Below the pieces are notes generated by a model. The model saw only the letters and a list, made by a program, of their open reading frames with translations. It did no database searches and was not told the origin of the DNA. Below are positions 25,391 to 35,449 of a stretch of 64,000 nucleotides of DNA, one piece after another; position 1 is the first letter of the stretch, and each line of letters begins with the position of its first letter. A program made the translations under genes and the position numbers. The stretch is from Patescibacteria group bacterium (GTDB taxonomy: Bacteria > Patescibacteriota > Patescibacteriia > Magasanikbacterales > GWA2-37-8), in assembly GCA_028688375.1 (NCBI GenBank), contig JAQTYG010000002.1, positions 3,841 to 67,840 of the forward strand, written 5' to 3'.

Positions 25391-27214
25391 ATGAAGGACT
25401 TTTTGAAGAATTTTCTCATCGTGTTCTGCGCCCTGCTGATTATCGCCGGTGTCTTGAGTTTTTTTAAGAGCGATCCAGCCAAAGAGCCGGAAATTATCGG
25501 CGTGGCTAAAATGGCGGAAGAGATCAACGCCGGCGCGGTAAAGAAGATTACCGTGGAAGGTGATCTGTTGAAAGTGGACCTCAAAGATGCCGCCGCCAAA
25601 GCGCAGGAAGTAAAAAAAGAACCGACGGAATCATTCGGTGATATTATGAAAAATTACGGCGTAACCGATGAGGCGAGAAAAGCGTTGGAAGTGGAAGTAA
25701 AAAATGAAAGTTCGTGGAAGTTTTGGGCGGCCAATATTATTCCGGCGCTTTTGCCGTTAATTATCATTATCGTTTTCTTTTATTTCATGAGTCGGGGGGT
25801 GCAGGGGATGAACAATAAGGCGATGGGCTTCGGGCAAAGCAACCCGCGCCAGGCCGGCCCGAATGAAAAAGACCAAAAAACATTCGCCAACGTCGCCGGC
25901 GCGACCGAGGCCAAGGTGGAGCTGGAAGAAGTGGTGGAATTTTTGAAAACGCCGAAAAAATTTGCCGATATGGGGGCGAAAATTCCCAAAGGCGTACTGC
26001 TGATGGGCGCGCCGGGCACAGGCAAGACCCTGTTAGCCAAGGCCGTGGCCGGTGAAGCCGGTGTGCCGTTTTTCCACATGTCCGGTTCGGAATTTGTGGA
26101 AATGTTTGTCGGTGTCGGCGCTTCGCGCGTGCGCGATTTGTTCGGTAAAGCGAAAAAGGCCGCCCCGGCCATAGTCTTCATTGATGAGATTGACGCGGTG
26201 GGACGCCGGCGCGGCGCCGGTTTGGGCGGTGGACATGACGAACGCGAGCAAACCCTTAACCAGATCCTGGTGGAAATGGATGGCTTTGAACCGAATATTG
26301 GCGTGATTGTCATTGCCGCCACTAATCGGCCAGACGTGTTAGATCCAGCCCTGCTTCGCCCGGGGCGTTTTGATCGCCGGGTGGTGTTGGATTTGCCGGA
26401 TATTAAAGATAGAGAAGAAATTTTGGCCATCCACGCCGCTGGGAAACCGCTGGCCGAAGAAGTGTCTATCAGGAAAATCGCCGAACGCACTCCGGGTTTT
26501 TCCGGAGCTGATTTGGAAAATCTTTTGAATGAGGCGGCGATTCTTACCGTACGCCGCGGTATGAAAAAAGTCGGCGAAGAAGAAATTTTGGAAAGCATTG
26601 AAAAAGTTTTGCTCGGTCCGGAACGCAAGAGCCGGGTGATTACGGAGAAAGAAAAGAAAATGACGGCTTATCATGAGGCCGGGCATGCCATTGTCGGACA
26701 TTTGTTGCCGAATTGTGATCCGGTGCGTAAGGTTTCCATCATCTCGCGCGGTCAGGCCGGCGGTTATACTTTGAAAATGCCGACCGAGGACAAACACTAT
26801 CACACCCTGGCGGATTTCAAAGATGAACTGGCCATGGCCCTCGGCGGATACGCCGCCGAGATAATGATTTTCGGCGCCGAAGCGATTTCCACCGGCCCAT
26901 CCAATGATTTATTGAACGCCACCAAAATGGCGCGCGATATGGTAACACGTTATGGTATGAGCAAGCTTGGCCCGCGCACTTTTGGCGCGCATGAAGAACT
27001 GATTTTCCTCGGCCGGGAAATACATGAACAGCAGGATTACAGCGACAACACCGCTGAGGCGATTGATAAGGAAGTCAGCGCGATTATCGGCGGGGCTTTG
27101 AAAAAAGCCGAGGACACGCTGAAAGACAACCAGGACAAATTGGAAAAGATGGTGGCGCGTTTGATGGAAAAAGAAACCATCGAGCAGGATGAGATACGAG
27201 AAATTATGTCATAA
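25391..27214 (+). CDS. ftsH: ATP-dependent zinc metalloprotease FtsH
   Basis: AAA Walker [19 protein letters not shown], second region of homology, [10 protein letters not shown] zinc site, N-terminal TM. Confidence 0.95.
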   Translation: MKDFLKNFLIVFCALLIIAGVLSFFKSDPAKEPEIIGVAKMAEEINAGAVKKITVEGDLLKVDLKDAAAKAQEVKKEPTESFGDIMKNYGVTDEARKALEVEVKNESSWKFWAANIIPALLPLIIIIVFFYFMSRGVQGMNNKAMGFGQSNPRQAGPNEKDQKTFANVAGATEAKVELEEVVEFLKTPKKFADMGAKIPKGVLLMGAPGTGKTLLAKAVAGEAGVPFFHMSGSEFVEMFVGVGASRVRDLFGKAKKAAPAIVFIDEIDAVGRRRGAGLGGGHDEREQTLNQILVEMDGFEPNIGVIVIAATNRPDVLDPALLRPGRFDRRVVLDLPDIKDREEILAIHAAGKPLAEEVSIRKIAERTPGFSGADLENLLNEAAILTVRRGMKKVGEEEILESIEKVLLGPERKSRVITEKEKKMTAYHEAGHAIVGHLLPNCDPVRKVSIISRGQAGGYTLKMPTEDKHYHTLADFKDELAMALGGYAAEIMIFGAEAISTGPSNDLLNATKMARDMVTRYGMSKLGPRTFGAHEELIFLGREIHEQQDYSDNTAEAIDKEVSAIIGGALKKAEDTLKDNQDKLEKMVARLMEKETIEQDEIREIMS

Positions 27215-27332
27215 ATAAAGCCCCCGACGTCCGCCTTGCTTGCCCGCCCTGGGCGGGGGCGGAGTCGGGGTCCCGACCCCGACCTTGCGTCGGGGCGTCG
27301 GGAGGGATAATGGGATAATTTATTTATTCGTT

Positions 27333-29672
27333 TTGCATATGCGCGAAAATTTTGGCGCGATATCTAGCGGAAGAGAAATGTTTTTCGCACGAAAAGCCGA
27401 GCATGACAGCGTGAAAGAAACGGAGAGAATAAAAGAAATAGTATTGGACTATTGTTCTGACACAGGTATTTTGCGAGAAGAGAAAGGCCGGCGTATTTGG
27501 GACATCGCGGCCTTCAAGGATATTGATTTTAGGCATGCTGGTGCGAAAGAAGAAGTGCCGGTCAATAAACATGATTTCTTCCGGGCACTATGCACAGAGT
27601 CGGGCGTTTCTTTGGCGGATTATCAGTCGGCCGAAAAGAATGAGAAATTGAAAGATCGGCCGATTTTTTATTATCCCAGCAGTATCGACGATGCGATGTC
27701 GCCAAAGAAAATAGCGGCGAACGAGAGTTATATTGGTTATTGGGATTTAGGAACGGTCGTCAAGGATTGGTCCGTTCCGGTGGAACTTCCGTCAGGAGAA
27801 AATGTCGGACTAAATGAGTTGTTTATAACCAAAATGATTTTTGGCAAATTACACGGGCGCCGTGATGAAAAGGGCAATCTAATAGTAGATGACCCGGAAA
27901 CTAGCGAACCGGTGAAGTTTACTGCAAAAATATTTGACAGGAACTTTGGCGGCGTAGGGAAAAGAGGAGAAGGAGGAAATACCAGCTTTTCAACTCCAAT
28001 CGGATATTTGCAGAAAAATGCTCCACATATAATGGAAAGTGGCCTGTTGTTGTCGAGCGACTTTCGTTCATTAAGTGAGAAAAGCGGTAATATCTATCGG
28101 CATCGTTATTCGGTTGCGGCCAACGGCATCGCCTATATCGGCGGCGCAAAATATAGTCTTGGCGCAGATTTCGACAGTCGCAGACAACCTGAAAAACGAG
28201 GCGCTTATTTTGTTGTCGAGCTTGGGAAAGGTCTAGCGGGTATTATTGAAAAGAGTAGGGGAGGGTATGAATCCGTAACCCATGTATTTAAATTGAAAAA
28301 CGAAGAAGAAATCGAAAAAATTCGTGCCAACAGTGGCGAGAAGAAAAAACGTGGTGACGTGGTTTTTAAAAAAAATGACATAGAAATTTTGCCATATGGG
28401 AAGGCCGATTCGAATCGTCGTTTTAGCGGCGAATCAGGAAAGGAATATAGCAAACGCATGCGTTTGCTGGAGAACTGTGAGAGTACGGAAAAAATAGTCA
28501 ATGATATCTCTCTTAATACCGGCATCAGCGCGCATCGCGACTTGTCATGGCACGAACAAGAATGGCTGGCCGCTTCCGCCGGAAATATTGAAGGCATGAG
28601 CGGTGAAATCATAGCGCAGGCCAAGAAATTTGGCATTGATTTTCTGAGGTCTTTTTTATCGTGCGAATTTGGTATGGATTCAGGCAGAGCGATTATTGAT
28701 ATCGCCAAAAAGATTCCACCGGAAGTGTCAAAGAAATTATTTTACAAATATGGCGAATTTGTAAACGCGGCTGAAGAGGCAGCAGAAGATCTGGAAAATC
28801 AGTATGGAGTGGCGCTGACGGAAGTACAAAAAAATAGGATAATGGAAAAAATGTTGCGCCGCGGTCGTGACCTGTTGCTTAATTACGCCTCGAGAGCCGA
28901 AGCGGGAACACATGGACAAACTGCACAAGCAGAGGCGTTGCAAATGCTCAATGACCTGGAAAGAGTTCGGTCGGATATGGTATTATTCTCTGCCGTATTT
29001 AAGGAAGCCAATATTCCGTTAGAACAAATGAAAGATACGGAAGTCTCGTCTGTGAACGCGCGGTACATGAATAGGCCGGATAAAAAGCGAATGATGGAAT
29101 TAGCGGAAATGAATTATGGCAAAAGCCGAGTCGGTCAAGAAATCGTAAAGCCGTCGCTCGCCAAGGCGATGGAAGACCGAACCAATACATTCTATCTGCT
29201 TAAAAAAGACGACGAAGTAATAGGCGGATTTCGCATTCAAGACGCAAAGGATAAATATTATTTTGGTTCATTCAACATGGACCCGAATGCCAAGGCGAGC
29301 GGCCTAGGCAATGCCATGCTGGAAAAAGTTATTGCGGATTTGTCGCGAAAAAAACCGGTGGAAGCCGTCGCAGAAGCGGAAAAACCGGTCATTTCTTATT
29401 ATGTAAACAAATTGGGTTTCAGAATAGCTGAATTTTTACCGGATATGGCCGGCACAGGAGTGGACGGATTTAAAATAGTAAAGGACGGACAAAAAATTGA
29501 AGAGATTGAATCAAAAAAATATACGGATAAAAATAAGTTTATCCGCGACGTGCAGAAAAATATCGCCAACGGCGGGATTATCGTCGGTTATCGATATGAT
29601 GAGAAAGCCAAAGTATACGAAGTGAGTTATGGCAGAGTAAAAGAGCCGGTCCAAAAGCGCATGGCAGCCTAA
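27333..29672 (+). CDS. large hypothetical protein with C-terminal GNAT-like acetyltransferase domain
   Basis: track ORF 27240 start lies in GC-rich hairpins; likely start MRENFG at 27333; C-terminal FRIQDA...GLGNAMLEKVIADL...YYVNKLGFRIAEF resembles GNAT motifs A/B. Confidence 0.45.
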   Translation: MHMRENFGAISSGREMFFARKAEHDSVKETERIKEIVLDYCSDTGILREEKGRRIWDIAAFKDIDFRHAGAKEEVPVNKHDFFRALCTESGVSLADYQSAEKNEKLKDRPIFYYPSSIDDAMSPKKIAANESYIGYWDLGTVVKDWSVPVELPSGENVGLNELFITKMIFGKLHGRRDEKGNLIVDDPETSEPVKFTAKIFDRNFGGVGKRGEGGNTSFSTPIGYLQKNAPHIMESGLLLSSDFRSLSEKSGNIYRHRYSVAANGIAYIGGAKYSLGADFDSRRQPEKRGAYFVVELGKGLAGIIEKSRGGYESVTHVFKLKNEEEIEKIRANSGEKKKRGDVVFKKNDIEILPYGKADSNRRFSGESGKEYSKRMRLLENCESTEKIVNDISLNTGISAHRDLSWHEQEWLAASAGNIEGMSGEIIAQAKKFGIDFLRSFLSCEFGMDSGRAIIDIAKKIPPEVSKKLFYKYGEFVNAAEEAAEDLENQYGVALTEVQKNRIMEKMLRRGRDLLLNYASRAEAGTHGQTAQAEALQMLNDLERVRSDMVLFSAVFKEANIPLEQMKDTEVSSVNARYMNRPDKKRMMELAEMNYGKSRVGQEIVKPSLAKAMEDRTNTFYLLKKDDEVIGGFRIQDAKDKYYFGSFNMDPNAKASGLGNAMLEKVIADLSRKKPVEAVAEAEKPVISYYVNKLGFRIAEFLPDMAGTGVDGFKIVKDGQKIEEIESKKYTDKNKFIRDVQKNIANGGIIVGYRYDEKAKVYEVSYGRVKEPVQKRMAA

Positions 29673-30475
29673 GTTGTTGCGCTCATATCATACATACTTT
29701 TCGGTTTCAGTTCGTTCGGAAATTTCGTTGTTGCCCACAAATACTCAAATAAACTGCGAAACATTTCATAAATAATTTTATCTTCGATTATCACCCCGAT
29801 GAGGGATTTACTGGATAGAGTGGTAAAAGAAATTTTGCCGGCGTATATTTGCAGAAGAGTGGAAGAAAAACTTATCGGGGCGGCGGTCAAAAATTTAAAC
29901 TTGGTCAGCTCGGAATCATAGTCGGTAGTCATGTTGCGGTTAAAAGCGGAATCATTTGAAATGATCCGCTTTATTATTTTTTTTGCTTTTCTTTCTTTCA
30001 AATACAGATCGTTTAATTTGCTGAATTCATGAATAGTAAACTCAACGTCGCCCATGGTCAGAACCTCGCCTGTCTGCGCCAGAGTATCCCACCATACTTT
30101 TTTGATACCGTCTTCGCCTTCAAAAAACCGCACACCCGGCCGGCCGGCGGCGAGGTTGAAAGAGGAAAGGAGGTTGGGCAAAACGCCGTCAATGGCGTTT
30201 TTAGCCGAAAGAGCCGCCTGTTCGCGCTCTTCCACAAAGTCGCGCAGTTTATTGGGGTGGCTGGCAATAAAGCCGGCCACTTTGCCCTCTGGTTCGTTCT
30301 TTTGGACCAGCCCCTTGGCCTCCAAGTCGGCCAATACCTTGTATGCCAAACTACGCTTTAGGCCTGATTCAGCCGCTATTTGAGTGGCTTTTTGCTCGCC
30401 TTTTTGCAATAAAAGCTCATAGATTAGCGCTTCTTTGGCCGAAAGGCCGGTTTGAGTGAGAATGTTTTCGTACAT
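29669..30475 (-). CDS. TrmB-family transcriptional regulator
   Basis: N-terminal winged HTH LSAKEALIYELLLQKGEQKATQIAAESGLKRSLAYKVLADLEAKGLV; 268 aa. Confidence 0.6.
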   Translation of the reverse strand: MYENILTQTGLSAKEALIYELLLQKGEQKATQIAAESGLKRSLAYKVLADLEAKGLVQKNEPEGKVAGFIASHPNKLRDFVEEREQAALSAKNAIDGVLPNLLSSFNLAAGRPGVRFFEGEDGIKKVWWDTLAQTGEVLTMGDVEFTIHEFSKLNDLYLKERKAKKIIKRIISNDSAFNRNMTTDYDSELTKFKFLTAAPISFSSTLLQIYAGKISFTTLSSKSLIGVIIEDKIIYEMFRSLFEYLWATTKFPNELKPKSMYDMSATT

Positions 30476-30639
30476 AAGATAGTTAATTGGTTGATTAGTT
30501 TATCGGTTTATTAATTATATAATAACACACTTTAGCTATTTTGTCAAGAGCGATTGACAAAAATATACAGAAAGTTAGCTAAAATTTTGCTTTAATTAAC
30601 CTAAAATTCATAAAAAATGAGCATATTTGTTCTATAATC

Positions 30640-30668
30640 TTGACATTTCTATCTAGATATGGTATACT
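30640..30668 (+). promoter_or_regulatory. consensus-like sigma70 promoter (TTGACA-17-TATACT)
   Basis: ttgacatttctatctagatatggtatact. Confidence 0.55.
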
Positions 30669-30674
30669 GTATTC

Positions 30675-30990
30675 ATCAAGATCGAAAAAGGACTTGATGC
30701 AATCGCACCTTACAGAAGACGGCTGATGACAGAACTCGCTTCAGGAGAGAAGAAGCGGGCGGACACAAAGCCGGATTCACTAAACGGGACGGCGACGGTT
30801 TGCCTCTGGATAGCGGAGAGATATAGATAGAGGCGAAACGTTGCTCCCTGTGGAGTGAAAAAAGTTGTCATTCTGAGCGAAGCGAAGAATCTTTACAATA
30901 TATACGATTACCGTTGGAGAGAGCGGTGGCCAATTTACAAGAATAACAAGAGTTCTCTCCATTTAAAGAGAACTCTTTTTGTTTCGGTAA
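30675..30990 (+). ncRNA. candidate about 310-nt non-coding transcript (promoter to intrinsic terminator), function unknown
   Basis: no credible ORF; ends at hairpin aagagttctct-ccattta-aagagaactctt followed by tttgttt (30945-30990); contains one copy of the hairpin repeat family. Confidence 0.25.
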
Positions 30991-31554
30991 AGGAGAGACG
31001 GGAAAACGGCCTATCAATAACAAATAGTAATTGTGGCCAAACATTTACCCTCTCCTTTACCGGAGTAAAATCCGGTTCGTTCATTGGTTCTTTATAACAT
31101 GATTTCATATTGCCAGTTGAGACAGGAGAGAAATCTCCATCGGCGACATGAAATATGTCTGACTTACTTTTTACCTATTATATAGGTGGAAAGATCGGAT
31201 GCGGTTGATGGGCAGATTTGCGGGAACGCGAACTGTTCCACCGGCATCCGACTACTCGCTTGTCAGAGCGCGTAGTACCGAGTGCAACCCGTCCTAATAC
31301 TTCGCAAGAAGAATTGGGACAGGGACAATCGGCGCTACAGAGAGAGTGGCGACGAAGTACTTTGACAATTTACTTTCAGAAGACAGCAACAGGCCGCTGT
31401 GTCATCCTGAGCGGATCCGCCGACAAGCGGAGAAGTCGAAGGATCCCTTCGGCGCAATCGTTGTTGGTGTTTTTTGAAGGCGCCATCACAAGGTGTGATG
31501 GCGCAAAAACAACAAACCCCGGCGCCGTGGGTGAAACGGGCGAGTGAGGGAAAA

Positions 31555-32742
31555 ATGAAAGTTGTCGTGTGCGGACCGCCGCACAGCGGCAAGTCCGTGT
31601 TTCTCACGGGTCTCGTCGGTCAGTTGGACCGACGGGACTACTACCTTTTTCGGGCCTGCCCGGATGGCGAAGGGAGCTGGACGTATGCCCATGAGGGCAA
31701 CGCGGCTCTCCGCCGCAAGGGCGGGTTCACCACGGAATTCGTGGAGTGGTGCGTCCGCACTCTCCACAACAACAACATGGCTCCCTGTGTCCTGGTGGAT
31801 GTGGGGGGACGAATGACGGCCGAGAACCGGCGGATCATGGCGGAGTGCGACTTCGCTATCATCCTCGCCGGCGATCCGGCCGCCATCGGCGAGTGGCGGA
31901 ACTTCTGCTCCGAGTGTGGCTTGGCAGTAATCGCCGAGCTGCATTCGGACTACCGCGGCCGAAAGGACGTGGTCGAATGTGAGAGTCCGGTGGTGCGCGG
32001 CAGCGTGCATCACCTCGAACGGGGGGAAGACGTCACGAGTCGGCCCGCGATAGAAGCGGTGGGTCGCCTCATTAACCGGCTGCTCGACGAGCAGCGCAGG
32101 GAGAGGGAGAAAAAAATGGACAATATCGTGAACGCCATCACCGTCCTGATCGCCGAGCTGGCCGTGGCCCTCGGCAAGCAGAAGGTCAAGAAGACCTTGC
32201 CGAACGGCAAGGTCATCGAGACCATCGAATGGCTGGGCGAGGACCTCCGGTCCTTGTCCCGGCTCCTGCACTCCAAGTCGGCGGAGTACGCCGGCAAGGA
32301 CGTGAGGATCGACGGGGGAGCTCCGGGCTTCCTCGTTGCCGCCCTGGTGCACGAGTTGCACCCGGCGGACGTGTCGGTGAACTCACCGGATGGGTTCATT
32401 CCCATCCGGTGCCAGTCGCCCGAAGGCGACGGGCGCGGGGATAACCTGCGGTTCCGCGTCGAGGACCGGGGCGATTTCACCCTGGTTACCGCGGAGCAGC
32501 AGGATCCGTCCCGCCCCCTCGACCCGGCCAAGCTGGGCGAGATTGCCCCACCCGACGTGCCGATGGGGACCATCGTGGTCCTCAACGGCAGGATGCCCCA
32601 CTGGCTTTTGGCCAGTCTGGGCATGAGCTACCACGGCCGGACCAAGGCCGTGGCGGCCAACCAGCCGGGGCTGGGGGCGACGGTGTTCATGACCCACTCG
32701 GCTTCGGTCGAGTTGGGCTCGATGATCACGGTTGCGCTCTAG
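31555..32742 (+). CDS. GC-rich (about 66%) P-loop NTPase-domain protein, unknown family
   Basis: ATG after SD gagggaaaaATG; Walker A VVCGPPHSGKSV at residues 4-15; about 395 aa; preceded by about 350-nt structured leader. Confidence 0.5.
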   Translation: MKVVVCGPPHSGKSVFLTGLVGQLDRRDYYLFRACPDGEGSWTYAHEGNAALRRKGGFTTEFVEWCVRTLHNNNMAPCVLVDVGGRMTAENRRIMAECDFAIILAGDPAAIGEWRNFCSECGLAVIAELHSDYRGRKDVVECESPVVRGSVHHLERGEDVTSRPAIEAVGRLINRLLDEQRREREKKMDNIVNAITVLIAELAVALGKQKVKKTLPNGKVIETIEWLGEDLRSLSRLLHSKSAEYAGKDVRIDGGAPGFLVAALVHELHPADVSVNSPDGFIPIRCQSPEGDGRGDNLRFRVEDRGDFTLVTAEQQDPSRPLDPAKLGEIAPPDVPMGTIVVLNGRMPHWLLASLGMSYHGRTKAVAANQPGLGATVFMTHSASVELGSMITVAL

Positions 32743-32966
32743 GCGATACGAAAAAAATCTCACACCCGTGAGTTGCGGCAAATCCTAACCGCGTAAAACG
32801 ACAGGTCGACTCGCATCCGTAACTGCGCGCCAGTCCGAGTAAGGCGTGAATCTCGGAAACACTCGGAGGCCGACATCGCACATGTCGGCCCTCCAATTAC
32901 CGCACCAAATGCTTTGGCGCGGTTGAGGAGAAAACAAACGGGTCAAAGTGACCCAAAGGAGAGGCA

Positions 32967-33773
32967 ATGGAAAACAATATCAACAGCGACACTACCACCA
33001 ACTCCGACAACGACCGCGACATCGTCGCGGAAGCCGCCGAGCGGTACGCCGAAGGGCGCCAGCAAGCCATCGAGGTCTGCCGCGTCGTGGCGGAGGCGGC
33101 GAGGGTCCGGCGCGTTAAGGATGACGTGCCGGAATGCGTCGCGGGCGCTGCCCGCGACTTCCTGGCGAAGGCGACGGCGCCGGCCCGACACGAGTCCCGT
33201 GTCGCGGCCACCGTCGCGTGCGCGCGCGCATGGATTCGCGCCTTCGGGCGCGAGTCCATTGAGGAGTACGAGGACATCTGCGTCCTCATTCTCCTCATCG
33301 CCGACCTGTTCGGGGTCGGCGGTCCGAACGGGTTGGGTGGCGCCACCAGGCGCCACCCGGCTTTCACCGCCCTTGGAAAGGGGCGGTGGCAGGCCAGTGA
33401 CGGCAGCGCCTACCGCGCCGCCGTCGTCGGCGCCGCGGCCGAGCTTTTCAACAAGCTCGGCTCCGTCGTCGTCGACGCCGAGGGGTCCATCAGGACCCAC
33501 TCGGCGGTGATCGACAGCGACTGGGCGGTGGAGGCCATCGGCGAGCCCGAGTTCGCCGAGGCGTTCTTGCGCCACCTCCTGCTCGTCCTCGCCGGTCCAG
33601 AGAAAATCTGGAGCGTGTTCGACACGGGCAACTGGTGGGGGATTGAGCTCCCCCAGGGCGAGGACCGGCGCACGGCCATCGCGGCCGTTTCCGCCTCATT
33701 CAACGACGCGCATCGCATGATGTGCGTCGGAAAGGAGGATGTTACCGTGCCGGCCGACGAGACCGGCTGGTAG
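32967..33773 (+). CDS. GC-rich (about 67%) hypothetical protein
   Basis: 268 aa, SD aaaggagaggcaATG, Ala/Arg/Glu-rich, no recognisable motif. Confidence 0.45.
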   Translation: MENNINSDTTTNSDNDRDIVAEAAERYAEGRQQAIEVCRVVAEAARVRRVKDDVPECVAGAARDFLAKATAPARHESRVAATVACARAWIRAFGRESIEEYEDICVLILLIADLFGVGGPNGLGGATRRHPAFTALGKGRWQASDGSAYRAAVVGAAAELFNKLGSVVVDAEGSIRTHSAVIDSDWAVEAIGEPEFAEAFLRHLLLVLAGPEKIWSVFDTGNWWGIELPQGEDRRTAIAAVSASFNDAHRMMCVGKEDVTVPADETGW

Positions 33774-33893
33774 ACAACACACGCGCACCGTAACTGTGCT
33801 AAACACAACCCGAGTTGAACGTTACGGGTTCAGCTTTATCACTCGGACGGGCGAATTGCACATTCGCCCCTCCAATTACCATAATATTATTCT

Positions 33894-34099
33894 GGATTCC
33901 CGCCTACGCGGGAATGACAAAATAAAACTATGGTTGAGGAGGAAAACCCGGAAGATTTCCATTCAAAGGAATCTCTCCTCCCGCGAAACGGGAATCGAAA
34001 GGGTTTAATCTGAAATTAAAAAACCCCGGCGTAAAGCCGAGGTTTTTTAATTTATTATTGCCGAAGGGATCCTTCCCCGCCCAAGGCGGGTCAGGATGA
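33894..34099. repeat. cluster of hairpin-repeat-family copies downstream of GC island
   Basis: ggattcccgcctacgcgggaatgacaa (33894-33920) and gccgaagggatccttccccgcccaaggcgggtcaggatgac (34059-34099), inverse orientation relative to 17053-17160 copies. Confidence 0.55.
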
Positions 34100-34197
34100 C
34101 CCCCCACCACTTTTAATTTCTAACACGCTAATAAATAAAGCCCTGTTATCTAACAGGGCTTTTTGTGAACTGAGCTTGTTGCAAAAGTGGTGGGGGG

Positions 34198-35346
34198 TCA
34201 CTTTTCGCTTCTCACTATTATTTTCAGTTTATCCGGCACGCCCGGCGCTTTGCTCACCCAGCTTGGGGTGAATTTGATATTCATGCCGGTGACATGGGGG
34301 AGAGAAACAATATATCGTTCGATTTCACCTTTTTCTTTGTTTAAAAAGTTTTCTTTGTTTAATAATGGCGCATCCGGCGCTAAAGTGACGAAGGCCTCGG
34401 CCGCCACCGCCAACTGGGCGCTCTGATTGGTAAAATCAGTGGCCGCCAAAGTGATTTTCGGGTTATCGCCCACCGAAAGAATTTTTTCCGACGCCGCGTC
34501 AACGCTACCGGCGATTTCTTTGTTTATAATATCGGCCAAATCTTTTTTATTATATCTGATCAAAGTCAGGGTGCTGGTGCCGGACAGGGAAAATTCCGCC
34601 ACTTCGTCGCCGACTTCGTGCGAAGGCGCGATGCCGGTGTCTCCGACCCCGATAATCACCTGGTCATATTGGCTACCGGCGACCGGGAAGGCGCTCAAGT
34701 AGGCCTGTTTTATTTTTTCGGAAAAATCAGTTTGGGCGGATTTAATGTCGTTTTCGGTTACGGCCCCGACTTTACCCGAACCGCCGGACATTGGTTTGGT
34801 ACTTTCGGCGTAGATTACTTTTTGTTTTTCCGTGTTCAAACCGGGGATGGTAAATTTGCTCGGGCCGATGTCGCCGCCCAATCCGGATTGATCGGCGTAA
34901 ACCGCTGCCGTGATTTGTCCATTGGCTGGAATGATAACGCGGTCGGATAGCCGGAACAAAACCCCTTCTGGTGTAAGAAAGCGGGTGGTTTTAACCAAGG
35001 TTTGGCTTTCGTTGGTGGTGTTATAGATAACCAACTCGCCTTTGGCCACGCCCTCAACCAGTTTAGTGCCGGTGGGGAAGTATTTTTCCGTCCAATAAAA
35101 TTTAGTGGTGGTGACTAGCGCCGGCAAAGATTTTTCGCCATTTTTTCGCGCCTCAGCGGTGATAATGATATTAACCGTTTCCGCGTCTTCCTTGGCGATA
35201 ATGGTAATCTCCGTTTTCTTGAACATGGTGAAAATTACCACGCCGAGCAGGACTACGGTAATAAACAAAAACGAGAGCGCGATCGTGCGATAAACGCGCA
35301 CCGAGGGTTCCGCCGGCAGGCGAGTTTGTAAACGATGAGCGATCAT
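34198..35346 (-). CDS. membrane-anchored hypothetical protein (downstream of pilB)
   Basis: 382 aa, N-terminal TM helix, beta-rich extracytoplasmic region. Confidence 0.45.
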   Translation of the reverse strand: MIAHRLQTRLPAEPSVRVYRTIALSFLFITVVLLGVVIFTMFKKTEITIIAKEDAETVNIIITAEARKNGEKSLPALVTTTKFYWTEKYFPTGTKLVEGVAKGELVIYNTTNESQTLVKTTRFLTPEGVLFRLSDRVIIPANGQITAAVYADQSGLGGDIGPSKFTIPGLNTEKQKVIYAESTKPMSGGSGKVGAVTENDIKSAQTDFSEKIKQAYLSAFPVAGSQYDQVIIGVGDTGIAPSHEVGDEVAEFSLSGTSTLTLIRYNKKDLADIINKEIAGSVDAASEKILSVGDNPKITLAATDFTNQSAQLAVAAEAFVTLAPDAPLLNKENFLNKEKGEIERYIVSLPHVTGMNIKFTPSWVSKAPGVPDKLKIIVRSEK

Positions 35347-35449
35347 AAATAGAAAACAGTAAATAGTAAATAGAAAACAGAAAATTGCGAATTATACGGT
35401 GCCTGTTTTCTGCTTTCCGTTTTCTGTTTACTTATATTATTATATCACA

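Noticed and set aside
27240-27332. ORF start MPALGGGGVGVPTPT at 27240
   Set aside because: It lies in a GC-rich hairpin cluster (terminator-like) immediately after ftsH, and an internal Met at 27333 is the more plausible start.
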